A DNA stretch of 64,000 bases from an uncultured Veillonellaceae bacterium (GCA_963805085.1 CAWDTA010000002.1:96001-160000), one strand, 5' to 3'; positions 20,717 to 30,431 are shown, numbered from the stretch's first letter. Notes: a model not told the origin generated them from the letters alone. Program-made: numbers and translations.

Positions 20717-22225
20717 CTAGTATGCACCTTTGCTGCCAAACACCACTCTGATTGTTTTAATAAGTAAAATAATATCCTGCCAAACTGACCAGTTTCTAAC
20801 ATACCAAGCATCTAAACGTAATCGACCAGTAAAATTTATTTCATTTCTTCCACTCACTTGCCATAGTCCAGTAATTCCCGGAACGGTTTGGCAAATAGTA
20901 TTGATATAATACCCCATATTCTTTCGCTCCCGAGGCAAATATGGTCTGGGACCAACTAAGCTCATACTTCCCTGTAGCACGTTAATAATCTGAGGCAATT
21001 CATCTAGGCTATATTTTCTCATCCAATTTCCCACTTTAGTTACTCTCGGATCAAAAGTTCGCAGTTTAGCAAATTCAGCCCATTCCTGATGAGCTTCTTC
21101 ATTCTGATTTAAATAATCTTTAAGTACTTTATTACTATTGATATGCATCGTTCTAAATTTATAGCATGAAAAATTTCTTTGTCCTCTTCCAATCCTTCTG
21201 GCAATATGAAATATAGGTCCTTTCGAATCATACTTTATCAAAACTACCAATAAAAAAAGAATTGGTAACACAAAAACAAATATAATACTTCCTATACAGA
21301 TATCAAACAAACGCTTAATAATTTTATTTATTGGCAGCTCTAAATTGTTTTTCGTTTTAAGCATGACCAATCGATCATCAATGAATCGCTCCGCTTCGAT
21401 ATTTGCAACTGGTATGCCAAACAAATCTGGAACAATGGTTAAATTTCTCACATAGGGCTGTACTCTTTGCATGAGAGATATCAGCTTTTCGCGTTCTAAG
21501 CCTGGAGTTGCAAGAATCACATCATTTACCTTACTATCAATAATTGCTTTTTCTAGATTTTCAAACGTTCCTATATGTGGATATTTCTGGATTAACGGAC
21601 GTTCATCATAATAGTCTTCTACCAGTCCAACAATTTTGTAGCCAATACCTGGCTCATTTTCAAATGTTCTAGCAATGATTTCTGCCGTTTTTCCAGCGCC
21701 TACAATGACAACTGGACGTTGCCATAAATTCAAAGTATGCAATATTTTTTTTGAAAATTGCCTAAATACACAAAGATAAAAAAAACTGAGGATCCATAAG
21801 GTCGCCATAAACAAGCGTGAAACAATAGCAGAACTTCCTACTAGATAAGTAATCAGAATAACCAATGCATTCACATAGATACAAGTTTTAAATAAAATTT
21901 CTGCACACTGCCAAAAAGGCATTCTTTTATTATACATATCGCCATAAGCAATAAATAAAATAAAGACAGTAGGAAATATAATATATGCGTAAATATCGCC
22001 GATATAGAGAATTGACGCATTGTTTCCTGACCATAAAACAATAGCAATATTTCTAATACTTTTTGCGCTTATTACTGCACAAATAATTGCAATATAATCT
22101 ACTACAATCAATAAAAATGGTGCTAAATAATAACTTAAATATTCTATTAATTTTTTTTGTTTATTTATTGCAACTGATTTTTCAAAGCCCACTACATACC
22201 TCATCCTCACAACTACTAATAACAC
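20717..22225 (-). CDS. wbaP: Undecaprenyl-phosphate hexose-1-phosphate transferase (WbaP-like)
   Basis: N-terminal TMs, KRLFD, YKFRTM, SLDELPQ, SLVGPRP and PGITGLWQVSGR motifs. Start uncertain (GTG 22192 possible). Confidence 0.9.
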   Translation of the reverse strand: MLLVVVRMRYVVGFEKSVAINKQKKLIEYLSYYLAPFLLIVVDYIAIICAVISAKSIRNIAIVLWSGNNASILYIGDIYAYIIFPTVFILFIAYGDMYNKRMPFWQCAEILFKTCIYVNALVILITYLVGSSAIVSRLFMATLWILSFFYLCVFRQFSKKILHTLNLWQRPVVIVGAGKTAEIIARTFENEPGIGYKIVGLVEDYYDERPLIQKYPHIGTFENLEKAIIDSKVNDVILATPGLEREKLISLMQRVQPYVRNLTIVPDLFGIPVANIEAERFIDDRLVMLKTKNNLELPINKIIKRLFDICIGSIIFVFVLPILFLLVVLIKYDSKGPIFHIARRIGRGQRNFSCYKFRTMHINSNKVLKDYLNQNEEAHQEWAEFAKLRTFDPRVTKVGNWMRKYSLDELPQIINVLQGSMSLVGPRPYLPRERKNMGYYINTICQTVPGITGLWQVSGRNEINFTGRLRLDAWYVRNWSVWQDIILLIKTIRVVFGSKGAY

Positions 22226-22238
22226 ACATCAATAATAA

Positions 22239-23147
22239 TTAGCTAAAAAAGTAGCTTTGCCCACTTAGCCTTTTTCTTATATATCTAGGCAAATATTTTT
22301 CATATACACCAAGCCGATAACCTATTAATTTAATAAAATTAACAAAAATCGCTTTTGGAATACTGCCTATTCCCCCATGTGTATACAAATACTTCAGTTG
22401 CTCTTTAACTAGCTTCAAACCTTCACCTTCTGCCCCACCAAATTCTTGGCGAATCCATGGTTCTCTAGCTTGAAAAACACCAATATCAAAATACCTTTTC
22501 AACTCCTGTAATAAGGTATAGTCATGGGAATGATAGGCACAAGCCTCTGCGACGTAAGCAACTTTATGATGCGTAATTAATAACTTAGCACCGACATACA
22601 TATCTTCACTGACAATTACATGCGGAAAATTTCCAACTTCATTTAAAGCAGTAATGCGATAAGCAGCAAACGAATCTGATAAAAACGGTGCTTTTATTTT
22701 CATATTTGCTTTGTCTTCATAAGACTTTACCCTACTCTCACTTGGATAATTAAACAATCTTGCTTGCGCCGCCATAGGCGAAGCTCCAATATGTGGTAAC
22801 TGGCGACCATAACTTGCGGCAACTTTTATATCACTAAACACTTCTATTAGTTGCCGAATACTCTTTGCGTCAAATAGAATCACATCTTGTGTCAAATAGA
22901 CAATGATATCTGTATCCGCTAAATATTCTGCACATTGCCTTCTCGTGTCTCCATGGTTAAAATTTTGCCGTTTTATAGGCAAAATCTCGTAATGATACTT
23001 TCGACCTAAAGCCACTGTATCATCCTCTGAACTAGAATCAGCTATTAATTTTCTATGAATTGGATAATCTTGCATTTCAATACTATTTAAAAGTTTTTCA
23101 AATTTATTCCCAGCATTTAACGTCATAATAACAATTGCTATTTTCAT
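22239..23147 (-). CDS. GT2 rhamnosyltransferase (RfbN-like)
   Basis: DSSSED, FNHGDTR, LTQD, YGRQ, SEDMY and HSHDY motifs. Confidence 0.85.
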   Translation of the reverse strand: MKIAIVIMTLNAGNKFEKLLNSIEMQDYPIHRKLIADSSSEDDTVALGRKYHYEILPIKRQNFNHGDTRRQCAEYLADTDIIVYLTQDVILFDAKSIRQLIEVFSDIKVAASYGRQLPHIGASPMAAQARLFNYPSESRVKSYEDKANMKIKAPFLSDSFAAYRITALNEVGNFPHVIVSEDMYVGAKLLITHHKVAYVAEACAYHSHDYTLLQELKRYFDIGVFQAREPWIRQEFGGAEGEGLKLVKEQLKYLYTHGGIGSIPKAIFVNFIKLIGYRLGVYEKYLPRYIRKRLSGQSYFFS

Positions 23148-23541
23148 AATTACCCCTATAAGTATTTAACTTAAAATTTAAAATATAACAACCAATTTGT
23201 TATATTCGTATTCTTCCATATAGATCCCTAAAAAAACCACAAATTTCCTCAAAATATACCGGAAATTTGTTTTATTATATCATGTTTTCTTTTTCTGCGA
23301 AACAATTTTACAATATTTATACAATTCCCAATTCTAATACATTTATAAAATCAAATATCTATAAAAATTTGCATAGAATAAGCCTTCACTCTCTAAAATT
23401 TACACGTAAAAACTTATGTCTAATTTATTCTCTAATCTTACTCTTCAGTATTCTTTATCACCTAGATATAAAACAGAGTAATTCAACTGTTTTTAATGAT
23501 ACAATATAACTATTAATAAAGTAACAAAAGAGGTAATGTTT

Positions 23542-23897
23542 ATGACGAATGAACAATTTCGTAATTGGTTTTATCTGAATTAAAAGGAATAAAATCTGAT
23601 GTTTCTGGTGTAAAAACTGAGATAACTGAGATGAATTCTGAAATTACAGATATCAAATCCGATATTTCTGGTATGAAATCCGAAATGTCAGCTATGAAAG
23701 TTCAGCAGCAAGAAAATACCGGAATAATCAAAGCATTGTTACACGATCAGGAAGTTACAAATACTACGCTTGAAAATTTGGAAGTTAACACTGCAACTAA
23801 AGAAGGATTTATTACGCTTAATTCTAAAATTGATGCGCTCAATACGAGAATCTTTCATCAAGAAGCAGAATTGACTAAACTTCGGACAATAAAATAA
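23542..23897 (+). pseudogene. Small heptad-repeat coiled-coil protein, probable 1-bp frameshift near 5' end
   Basis: GAGGT RBS and ATG 23542 (MTNEQFRN) lie out of frame by one base with the coiled-coil ORF from TTG 23565. Confidence 0.55.
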
Positions 23898-23940
23898 TCA
23901 GCATATTTCTCTATATACCAAATAGCTTCTCCCCATAAAT

Positions 23941-23986
23941 AAAAACAGAGCCTGTACCGATAAACTTGGTACAAACTCTGTTTTTT
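23941..23986. terminator. Bidirectional intrinsic terminator-like hairpin
   Basis: AAAAACAGAG...CTCTGTTTTT between convergent genes. Confidence 0.75.
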
Positions 23987-24694
23987 TTACATTTTACCAT
24001 CAATGACCTTGGCTAAATCAATCAATAAATCAATATACTTCATTTTGATATGTTGATAAATTTCCTGTGCTGTCATTTCATTATATGTATGGGATGTCAT
24101 ATTGCGCTTTTCAAGCATGTCTAACCATAGCTCGGGATCTCTTATTATACCTGCTTGAAACCCCTCGCGAATGCTACTACGTGGACTATTGGCTTCGATT
24201 CCTTCATAAGCTAAATAATGTTTGACTAATTTCCATGCCAATTCATAGGAGAATTCAAACCGTTGAATCGTTCCATCTAAATATAAATCATCTTGATTTG
24301 GGTCTTTCTCCAAAGCCGCTTGTAACTTAGTTAATGCCTTTTTATAATCACAAAGTTTATCTTTTAACTTTGCATCAGTCATCTTTAGCTCTCCCTTCTC
24401 ATTTGTGATGAACAGAATCTGTCCCTCTTGATCAATATACTGTTTTAACTGTAAATTACTCTGTGTATCATAATCTATCAAATCTACTTTATAGGGTAAT
24501 TTGCTATTATATAATTCTTCTTGCAACGTATTTATAATATTATTTCTAAAGCTAATTGCTAGATCAATATCCGATGTTGCCCTAAAATTACCTCTAGCGC
24601 GCGAACCAAAAATCTTTACCCAAGCAATATCATTTTTGTATTTTTTCAAGCTATCCATTAGTATCTGGAAATTGTTATATGACAAACCGAACAT
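23987..24694 (-). CDS. Fused minimal nucleotidyltransferase (MntA-like) + HEPN (HI0074/HepT-like)
   Basis: GSx10DxD (GSRARGNFRATSDID), IQRFEFSYELAWK and Rx4HxY (RNMTSHTY). RBS before ATG 24694. Confidence 0.85.
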   Translation of the reverse strand: MFGLSYNNFQILMDSLKKYKNDIAWVKIFGSRARGNFRATSDIDLAISFRNNIINTLQEELYNSKLPYKVDLIDYDTQSNLQLKQYIDQEGQILFITNEKGELKMTDAKLKDKLCDYKKALTKLQAALEKDPNQDDLYLDGTIQRFEFSYELAWKLVKHYLAYEGIEANSPRSSIREGFQAGIIRDPELWLDMLEKRNMTSHTYNEMTAQEIYQHIKMKYIDLLIDLAKVIDGKM

Positions 24695-24777
24695 ACCTTC
24701 ACCACCAGTTAGCATTTTTGCAAGATATTTAAACTTAACTAAAGAATAGGTGATTGTACTAGTAATGTCAAGCTCCG

Positions 24778-24820
24778 AAAGCAATTAGAGCTTGTAACAG
24801 ATACAAGCTCTAATTGCTTT
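24778..24820. terminator. 19-bp perfect inverted repeat, terminator-like
   Basis: AAAGCAATTAGAGCTTGTA-acaga-TACAAGCTCTAATTGCTTT. Confidence 0.75.
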
Positions 24821-24830
24821 TATACTAATC

Positions 24831-24979
24831 TTACGCAAAAGCAACTTCGTCAGTGCTTTTAGGATGGCATCAACTACAGTGGTTATTTTTCTCTTTCTGC
24901 TAGTAAAATTTTTCATAGCAATAATCTGATCCATCACTGCTACGATTTGGGCTTTTGTTAAGTCATCTTTAGAATCTGG
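24831..24979 (-). pseudogene. Degenerate copy of DUF2922 3' end
   Basis: Aligns by eye with 25706-25855, with substitutions and a 1-nt indel. No 5' part. Confidence 0.85.
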
Positions 24980-25001
24980 AATTATAATTAAGTGTCTATC
25001 T

Positions 25002-25259
25002 TTAATTATAATGACCCCTGCAGGATATGATGCTAATCACTTCATCTTTAATAGAATAAATAATTCTATGTTCTAGTGTTATCCGTCTACTCCATAATCC
25101 TGCTAATTCGTGTTTTAATGCTTCTGGTTTACCAATGCCTTGATGACCATTGCGACTAATATCTTCCAGCATGTCATTAATTTTTTTCAGTACTTTTTTA
25201 TCAATTTTCTGCCATTCAAGGTACTCTTTCCAGGCTGTTTCGGTAAATGTAATGTTCAT
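25002..25259 (-). CDS. yoeB: YoeB/Txe family toxin
   Basis: AW.EY..WQ..D, GIGKPEALK, WSRRI..EHR and C-terminal CRGHY motifs. Confidence 0.95.
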   Translation of the reverse strand: MNITFTETAWKEYLEWQKIDKKVLKKINDMLEDISRNGHQGIGKPEALKHELAGLWSRRITLEHRIIYSIKDEVISIISCRGHYN

Positions 25260-25525
25260 TTTTCCATTGCTCTTAACGCTTCAAAGTCAACAGGCTTTAC
25301 TTTATTATTTTTCAGTTCTTCTATTGATTTCAATAGTTTTTGATAATAATCATCATTGGATCTGATATACATATTCTCAAGCATATTATTATAATTGGCC
25401 TCAGAGATAATAACCACATTTTCATTGTTTTTTCTTGTAACAAAAATTGATTCATGATCATGCGTTGCAGCGTCGCAATACTTTTTAAAATTTTCTCTAA
25501 CTTCGGTGTAATTTGTCGCTATCAT
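25256..25525 (-). CDS. yefM: YefM/Phd family antitoxin
   Basis: NYTEVRENFK...IFVTRKNNENVVIISE; overlaps the toxin start. Confidence 0.92.
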   Translation of the reverse strand: MIATNYTEVRENFKKYCDAATHDHESIFVTRKNNENVVIISEANYNNMLENMYIRSNDDYYQKLLKSIEELKNNKVKPVDFEALRAMEK

Positions 25526-25566
25526 GGGAATACCACCTTTCAATAAAAATTTTCGGCTACATTTAT

Positions 25567-25584
25567 TGTACAAAATTCTGTACG
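25567..25584. promoter_or_regulatory. YefM-YoeB-type operator
   Basis: TGTACA at 25567 and TGTACG at 25579, 12 bp apart, as in the E. coli yefM-yoeB operator. Confidence 0.7.
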
Positions 25585-25651
25585 TTTAATATTATTTTAC
25601 AATATTATTGTTCTATTTTCAATAGATAATATTTGCAATATATTTTCCCAC

Positions 25652-25705
25652 AAAAATACCCCGAGTCTGTACCGTTAGATTTGGCACAAACTCGGGGCTA
25701 TTTTT
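25652..25705 (-). terminator. Terminator hairpin of DUF2922
   Basis: CCCCGAG...CTCGGGG stem with A/T tracts directly after the stop codon. Confidence 0.75.
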
Positions 25706-25918
25706 TTACGCTAAAGCAACTTCGTCAGTGCTTTTGATGATGGCATCAACTACAGTGCTCAGTTTTCCTTTGGTGCTAGTGAAGATTTCTTTGGCAATGA
25801 TCTGATCCATTACTGCTACGACTTGGGCTTTTGTTAAGTCGTCTTTTGGATCTGGCAACACAATGGTTACTTCTTTGCCTTCGTCAGTTTTGAAGACCAT
25901 GTTTAGCTTCTTTGTCAT
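25706..25918 (-). CDS. DUF2922 family protein
   Basis: 70 aa, L.M.F....GK...I....PK.DL....V...MD.II pattern, GGAGG RBS. Confidence 0.85.
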   Translation of the reverse strand: MTKKLNMVFKTDEGKEVTIVLPDPKDDLTKAQVVAVMDQIIAKEIFTSTKGKLSTVVDAIIKSTDEVALA

Positions 25919-25955
25919 GTGATTGTCCTCCTTTCATCCTAAATGATTACGGATT

Positions 25956-26180
25956 TTACGCGTTTGCTAATGCGGCTGTGTCTTGACGACTTACAGCTTC
26001 TACTGGGTATTTTTGCAATGCTCCCACTGCTGTACCAACCGTGTAGACATCACTGTCGGCTACGGCTGGGTTTAGGTTACTAAGACTTCTTTGTGCATAA
26101 ACTGCATCACCATTTGCATTCGTTTTCGTTTGCACTTTGATGATGAGCTTTGCGCTTTGACTTGTTTTTGTAACTGCCAT
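25956..26180 (-). CDS. DUF1659 family protein
   Basis: 74 aa, G......RS.SN......D..VY.V..A...LQ pattern, GGAGGTGA RBS, paired with DUF2922. Confidence 0.82.
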   Translation of the reverse strand: MAVTKTSQSAKLIIKVQTKTNANGDAVYAQRSLSNLNPAVADSDVYTVGTAVGALQKYPVEAVSRQDTAALANA

Positions 26181-26302
26181 GCTTATCACCTCCTTCACTC
26201 TAGTACATTCCGTGAAGAAGAGTTTTTAAACATATTTTTAGAAAAAAATAAAATGGCGCAACATATGGCAATATTACCATGCGTTGCACCTAAAATTTTC
26301 AT

Positions 26303-27397
26303 TTATCTTTCTATAAGTAAAGAACCAACCTCATTCATATTCTTCGGGAATTCTACGCCCGCCCCTTGCATAATTTCTACATAGGCGGGATGTAATGGTT
26401 CTTTATAAAAATTTACGAGACTAATTCTTGTTAGCTTTCTGTTTGTGAACTTATCTGGAAACATGAGCGCTGTTGACTGATAACTAATCACCGCGCGTAA
26501 GTTCTCTTCACTATAAAAGGATAATTCCACTGGTTCTATGGATTCAAAGAACTTCATTTGTGGTAATTCTTCTTTATAAAATTTAATCTTATCTACACTG
26601 TCATTTGGATGCGGTTTATAGAAAAGCACTTCATCATCCTTTAGATATTCCACAATGCTTCTCAGTCTGCCAAATTCCTCTTTCAGTGTAAACTTGCCCT
26701 GTTCCACCAAAGGCTGACTCAAGTATAAAATATTATTTTTCCCCATGCCTGGTGAAAATACTTCGCGTTGCTTAAGATCCAACATCGCTGCACCAATCAT
26801 GTCTAGCGTGATTTCATATGTCTGTGGTGAATATCGTTGGAGAAGTTCCGGTTTATACATGTAATCGCCAATACCAGCTTTACTATCACCGGCAGTAGAG
26901 GTATTGATATAGGGACCGTTCTTTATTCCTGACAGCCATTCTATTACATGTATTTTAAATTTATGAAATAACATGTGCGTTGTTGGGCGACGACGATTTT
27001 CATTATAATAAGAATATAATCCATCTTCATATCGATAGAATTCTCGTTTACCAAGAGCACCAACTAATAATTGGTTTTGTACATCAATATCGCTTCCCAA
27101 AAAAATATCATCAATGCCTAGTTTTCCAATAGTACTTTTAACTTCATTTACCTGCTGACGATACGACTGTTCTTTATTCTTTCGTGTCATCCAGGTAATA
27201 AGCGGAAATACTGCTTTATATCCACAGTCAACAGATGACATATATTTCATGACTTTACTATCTTGCCATTTCTCATAACCATGTGGATGAATCAATGCCA
27301 GATAGTTTTCATCCTGATGAAACTTTCCTTTACTCAAAAGAAATGCCGTTAATAAATGAAATGGTGTATTTACGATAAATAAATTTTTCTTAGCCAT
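26303..27397 (-). CDS. Sialyltransferase-like (CMP-ulosonic acid) GT-B glycosyltransferase
   Basis: TPFHL N-terminus, YEDG, SQP, KPHP and STAL motifs. Confidence 0.7.
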   Translation of the reverse strand: MAKKNLFIVNTPFHLLTAFLLSKGKFHQDENYLALIHPHGYEKWQDSKVMKYMSSVDCGYKAVFPLITWMTRKNKEQSYRQQVNEVKSTIGKLGIDDIFLGSDIDVQNQLLVGALGKREFYRYEDGLYSYYNENRRRPTTHMLFHKFKIHVIEWLSGIKNGPYINTSTAGDSKAGIGDYMYKPELLQRYSPQTYEITLDMIGAAMLDLKQREVFSPGMGKNNILYLSQPLVEQGKFTLKEEFGRLRSIVEYLKDDEVLFYKPHPNDSVDKIKFYKEELPQMKFFESIEPVELSFYSEENLRAVISYQSTALMFPDKFTNRKLTRISLVNFYKEPLHPAYVEIMQGAGVEFPKNMNEVGSLLIER

Positions 27398-28382
27398 CCG
27401 TTTTCCTTTCTTCTACCAAAGCTTTGACCGCATCTAGCATCGCCTCTACGGATAAATCCGACCCTGCCATTAATCGATGTAGATAAAATTCTTTAGGCGC
27501 CCAAGAATTCAAATGCTCTTGCGTATAAACATAAAAAAGTGCCAGCAATGGTATATGTAACGCACAAATTAAATGCATAGTTCCTGTATCCACACTAACA
27601 GCAGCCCGGCAACGTTTCAATACTGCCCCTAGCTGAGGAACCGTCGTCTGATTGGTCAAGTCTATAAACTCTGTACAATTGAGATTATGTAAGGCGTCAA
27701 CATATTGGGCAGCAACTTGCCCCGCTCCAACATATAGAACTTTTTTCCCTTGTTGATTTAACCCCGCAATGAGTTTCACACACGCTTCTACTGGCATGTC
27801 TTTTTCTTTCCGTTTGGTTGTTGTACAAACAGCAATCAGTTCATCACTAGCTTGTAAATTGTATGTTTGCCATAGAAGGTCTACCTTAGCATCCGCTTCC
27901 CGGGAAGGCAAATACATCATTGGCATGGACTTTGATTGCTTGCCTGTATACAATTCCATAAGCGTACTATGTTTGTCCTGCGCATGTGTTCTGCCTCGAT
28001 AATCTATTGAACCGTTATCCAGAAACAGACGAATTAAGCCTGTATTATCGCTATAAATTTTCTTTACACCAAGCAGTTTCGATAATACTATGCCCCGTTC
28101 ATTACCATAGATAACAAATGCAACATCAATCTTATTTTTATACTGTACTTTATATGTATTATAAAAATGCCAGAAGCCACTTAAACCTTTATGTTCACCT
28201 TTTTTATCATAGCAGATGATTTCATCCACGCCATCCATATATTTTGCCACTTCCGCAAATGGTTTGTTGACCATGAAAATGACCTTAGACTCTGGATATT
28301 CTAACTTAATATTTCGGCACAAAGGATCAGTCAGTAGTGTATCACCAAAAAAAGAAGTATTTACTACTAAAAATGTTTTCAT
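27390..28382 (-). CDS. GT9 heptosyltransferase-family LPS core GT
   Basis: SFFGD N-terminus and VDTGTMHL motif. Confidence 0.88.
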   Translation of the reverse strand: MKTFLVVNTSFFGDTLLTDPLCRNIKLEYPESKVIFMVNKPFAEVAKYMDGVDEIICYDKKGEHKGLSGFWHFYNTYKVQYKNKIDVAFVIYGNERGIVLSKLLGVKKIYSDNTGLIRLFLDNGSIDYRGRTHAQDKHSTLMELYTGKQSKSMPMMYLPSREADAKVDLLWQTYNLQASDELIAVCTTTKRKEKDMPVEACVKLIAGLNQQGKKVLYVGAGQVAAQYVDALHNLNCTEFIDLTNQTTVPQLGAVLKRCRAAVSVDTGTMHLICALHIPLLALFYVYTQEHLNSWAPKEFYLHRLMAGSDLSVEAMLDAVKALVEERKTDG

Positions 28383-28396
28383 TTGTTTACCCTTCT

Positions 28397-29392
28397 TTAA
28401 AACTTCGCTGCAAATTTTGTTTTTATATAGCGAGCATACCAGCTAAAACCTTTACTATAAGCACCTTTTTTCAATAAACATTGGGCATAAATTTTCATTT
28501 CTTTATAGTTGTGAGGTAATAAAGGCGGACAATCTTTCCAAGGCGTCAGCTGTTCATATTGGGCATAAATATCCTTGATAAAATCATTGCATACTTTACT
28601 AATCGGCCAGGCAATATTCCAAGGCTTAGGATGAGCAGCAAAGTGTAAAAATATGATTTCTTTCTTTTTTGTATCTACCGTATTAATATAATTATATTTT
28701 TTATCTAAATAATACACTTTACCAGTCAAAATTAAATTTAGTGCATCTTGATCCAAATACCGAAACTTCTCTGGTGTTTCTGATAATGCCTGCATTACTT
28801 TAAATGCAACATCATAGGCATTCCATTTTTTTATATCTATAACCAACATCCCCGCATTAAAGTATGTATGATTCGTTAACTCTAATACCCGATTTCTTTT
28901 TTTCCCTATTAATTCAAAATCAGAAACGGCCGCAATAATATTTTCATTCATCTCTAGTTTTAGCAATGCATCAATTTTACCAACACATACAATATCGGCA
29001 TCTATATAGAAAACTCTTTCTGTATTTTCTAAAAGTAACGGTAATATGAAGCGAAAATACGTCGGAATTGGAAGATGTTCATGAGTTGGTAATTTTTTAA
29101 ACGCTTCAGGATCTATCTCATATAAATGAATCTCTATCTGGAATTTCTCTGCCAACTGTCGAATACCAGCTATATTTTCATCAGATAGTTTTATCGCCAT
29201 CACATAAAAAACTAAAGTTAGCCCTATATTATTTTTACAGATAGATGCAATAGAAGTTGCCATACATCTTGCATATCCATTATCAATTCCATATCCAATT
29301 TGGATTTTTTCTATTTCATGATTTTGCTCATTTGTATAATCAAAATCACTTCTAGATATAACTGATTTTAATAATTGCTCTTTGTAATTCAT
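28397..29392 (-). CDS. GT8 LPS core glycosyltransferase
   Basis: YFRF, YIDAD, YFNAG, DQDALN and HF..HPKPW motifs. Confidence 0.9.
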   Translation of the reverse strand: MNYKEQLLKSVISRSDFDYTNEQNHEIEKIQIGYGIDNGYARCMATSIASICKNNIGLTLVFYVMAIKLSDENIAGIRQLAEKFQIEIHLYEIDPEAFKKLPTHEHLPIPTYFRFILPLLLENTERVFYIDADIVCVGKIDALLKLEMNENIIAAVSDFELIGKKRNRVLELTNHTYFNAGMLVIDIKKWNAYDVAFKVMQALSETPEKFRYLDQDALNLILTGKVYYLDKKYNYINTVDTKKKEIIFLHFAAHPKPWNIAWPISKVCNDFIKDIYAQYEQLTPWKDCPPLLPHNYKEMKIYAQCLLKKGAYSKGFSWYARYIKTKFAAKF

Positions 29393-29411
29393 TTTTTATT
29401 CTTCCTATATA

Positions 29412-30419
29412 TTATTTTGTAGTTAAATATTTATCTTGTATTTTCTTTATACTATACCGCATAAACCAATATATTGCTTTACTATGATTACCTTGATTTA
29501 AATAATATTTAGAAAACATTTTCATTTCTCGATATTTTTTAGGAGTACTTTCTAATTCAAACGCTCTCCATAATGACAATGCTGAATACTTTCTAAAATA
29601 TTTTGCAATAGGATGAAAACACCATTTCTGCCAAGGCTTATTGAATCCATTATAATGTAAAAATATTGTATCTCTAGGAATATCCAATATATTATTAAAT
29701 TCTTTTTTGCTTAAATTACACATGCAATTCCATTTTAAATCAATATATTTCACTTTATGTTCTAAAATAATATTCAATGCGTCTTGATCAAAACATCTAA
29801 ATTCATACGAACGTTTTTGCAATAAATCTAAACATCTTTCCGAAATTTTTTCTTTTTCCCAAAGCTGTAAATCTACAAACAACATTCCAGAATTAAAATA
29901 TTCATTTCCATCCATATTTAGATGTGGATCATTCACTTTATCCACCTTATGATCTTCTACTACACAAGCAATGTTTCCTTCAAAGTCAATATCTAACAAT
30001 TCACTCATTGAATTAACACAAACCATATCTGCATCTAAATATAAAAACCTTTTTGCAATACCTTTTAACTCATTTGGAATTAAGAACCGATAATACGCTG
30101 CTATCGTAAATTGAGCATTATTTAATTTATGAAAAATTTCATCATCAATATAATAAAGTAAAATAATTACATTATACTTTTTAGTAATTTCATCTAATCG
30201 ATTCATATCAGATTGACTTATCCGATTAATAAAAATATGTATAGCCGTCTTAATATGCATATTATTCTCTAATATTGAAGTAATCATTACTCCTAGGGGA
30301 CGCATAAAATTATCACTAATTCCAAACGCAATATGCATTTCAGCTTCTGTTAAAGCAAAATTTGATTTCTGTAAAACTTTTTTATCTAAAATAGTATTAT
30401 CAAAAATTGTTTTATCCAC
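29412..30419 (-). CDS. GT8 LPS core glycosyltransferase
   Basis: YYRF, YLDAD, YFNSG, DQDALN and KPW motifs. Confidence 0.9.
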   Translation of the reverse strand: MDKTIFDNTILDKKVLQKSNFALTEAEMHIAFGISDNFMRPLGVMITSILENNMHIKTAIHIFINRISQSDMNRLDEITKKYNVIILLYYIDDEIFHKLNNAQFTIAAYYRFLIPNELKGIAKRFLYLDADMVCVNSMSELLDIDFEGNIACVVEDHKVDKVNDPHLNMDGNEYFNSGMLFVDLQLWEKEKISERCLDLLQKRSYEFRCFDQDALNIILEHKVKYIDLKWNCMCNLSKKEFNNILDIPRDTIFLHYNGFNKPWQKWCFHPIAKYFRKYSALSLWRAFELESTPKKYREMKMFSKYYLNQGNHSKAIYWFMRYSIKKIQDKYLTTK

Positions 30420-30431
30420 GATATGCCTCCA

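Noticed and set aside
23267-23509. 80-aa ORF
   Set aside because: Low-complexity translation of AT-rich divergent promoter DNA.
23941-25705. Integron attC sites
   Set aside because: The hairpins lack RYYYAAC/GTTRRRY core boxes and no integron integrase is present. They are kept only as related terminators.
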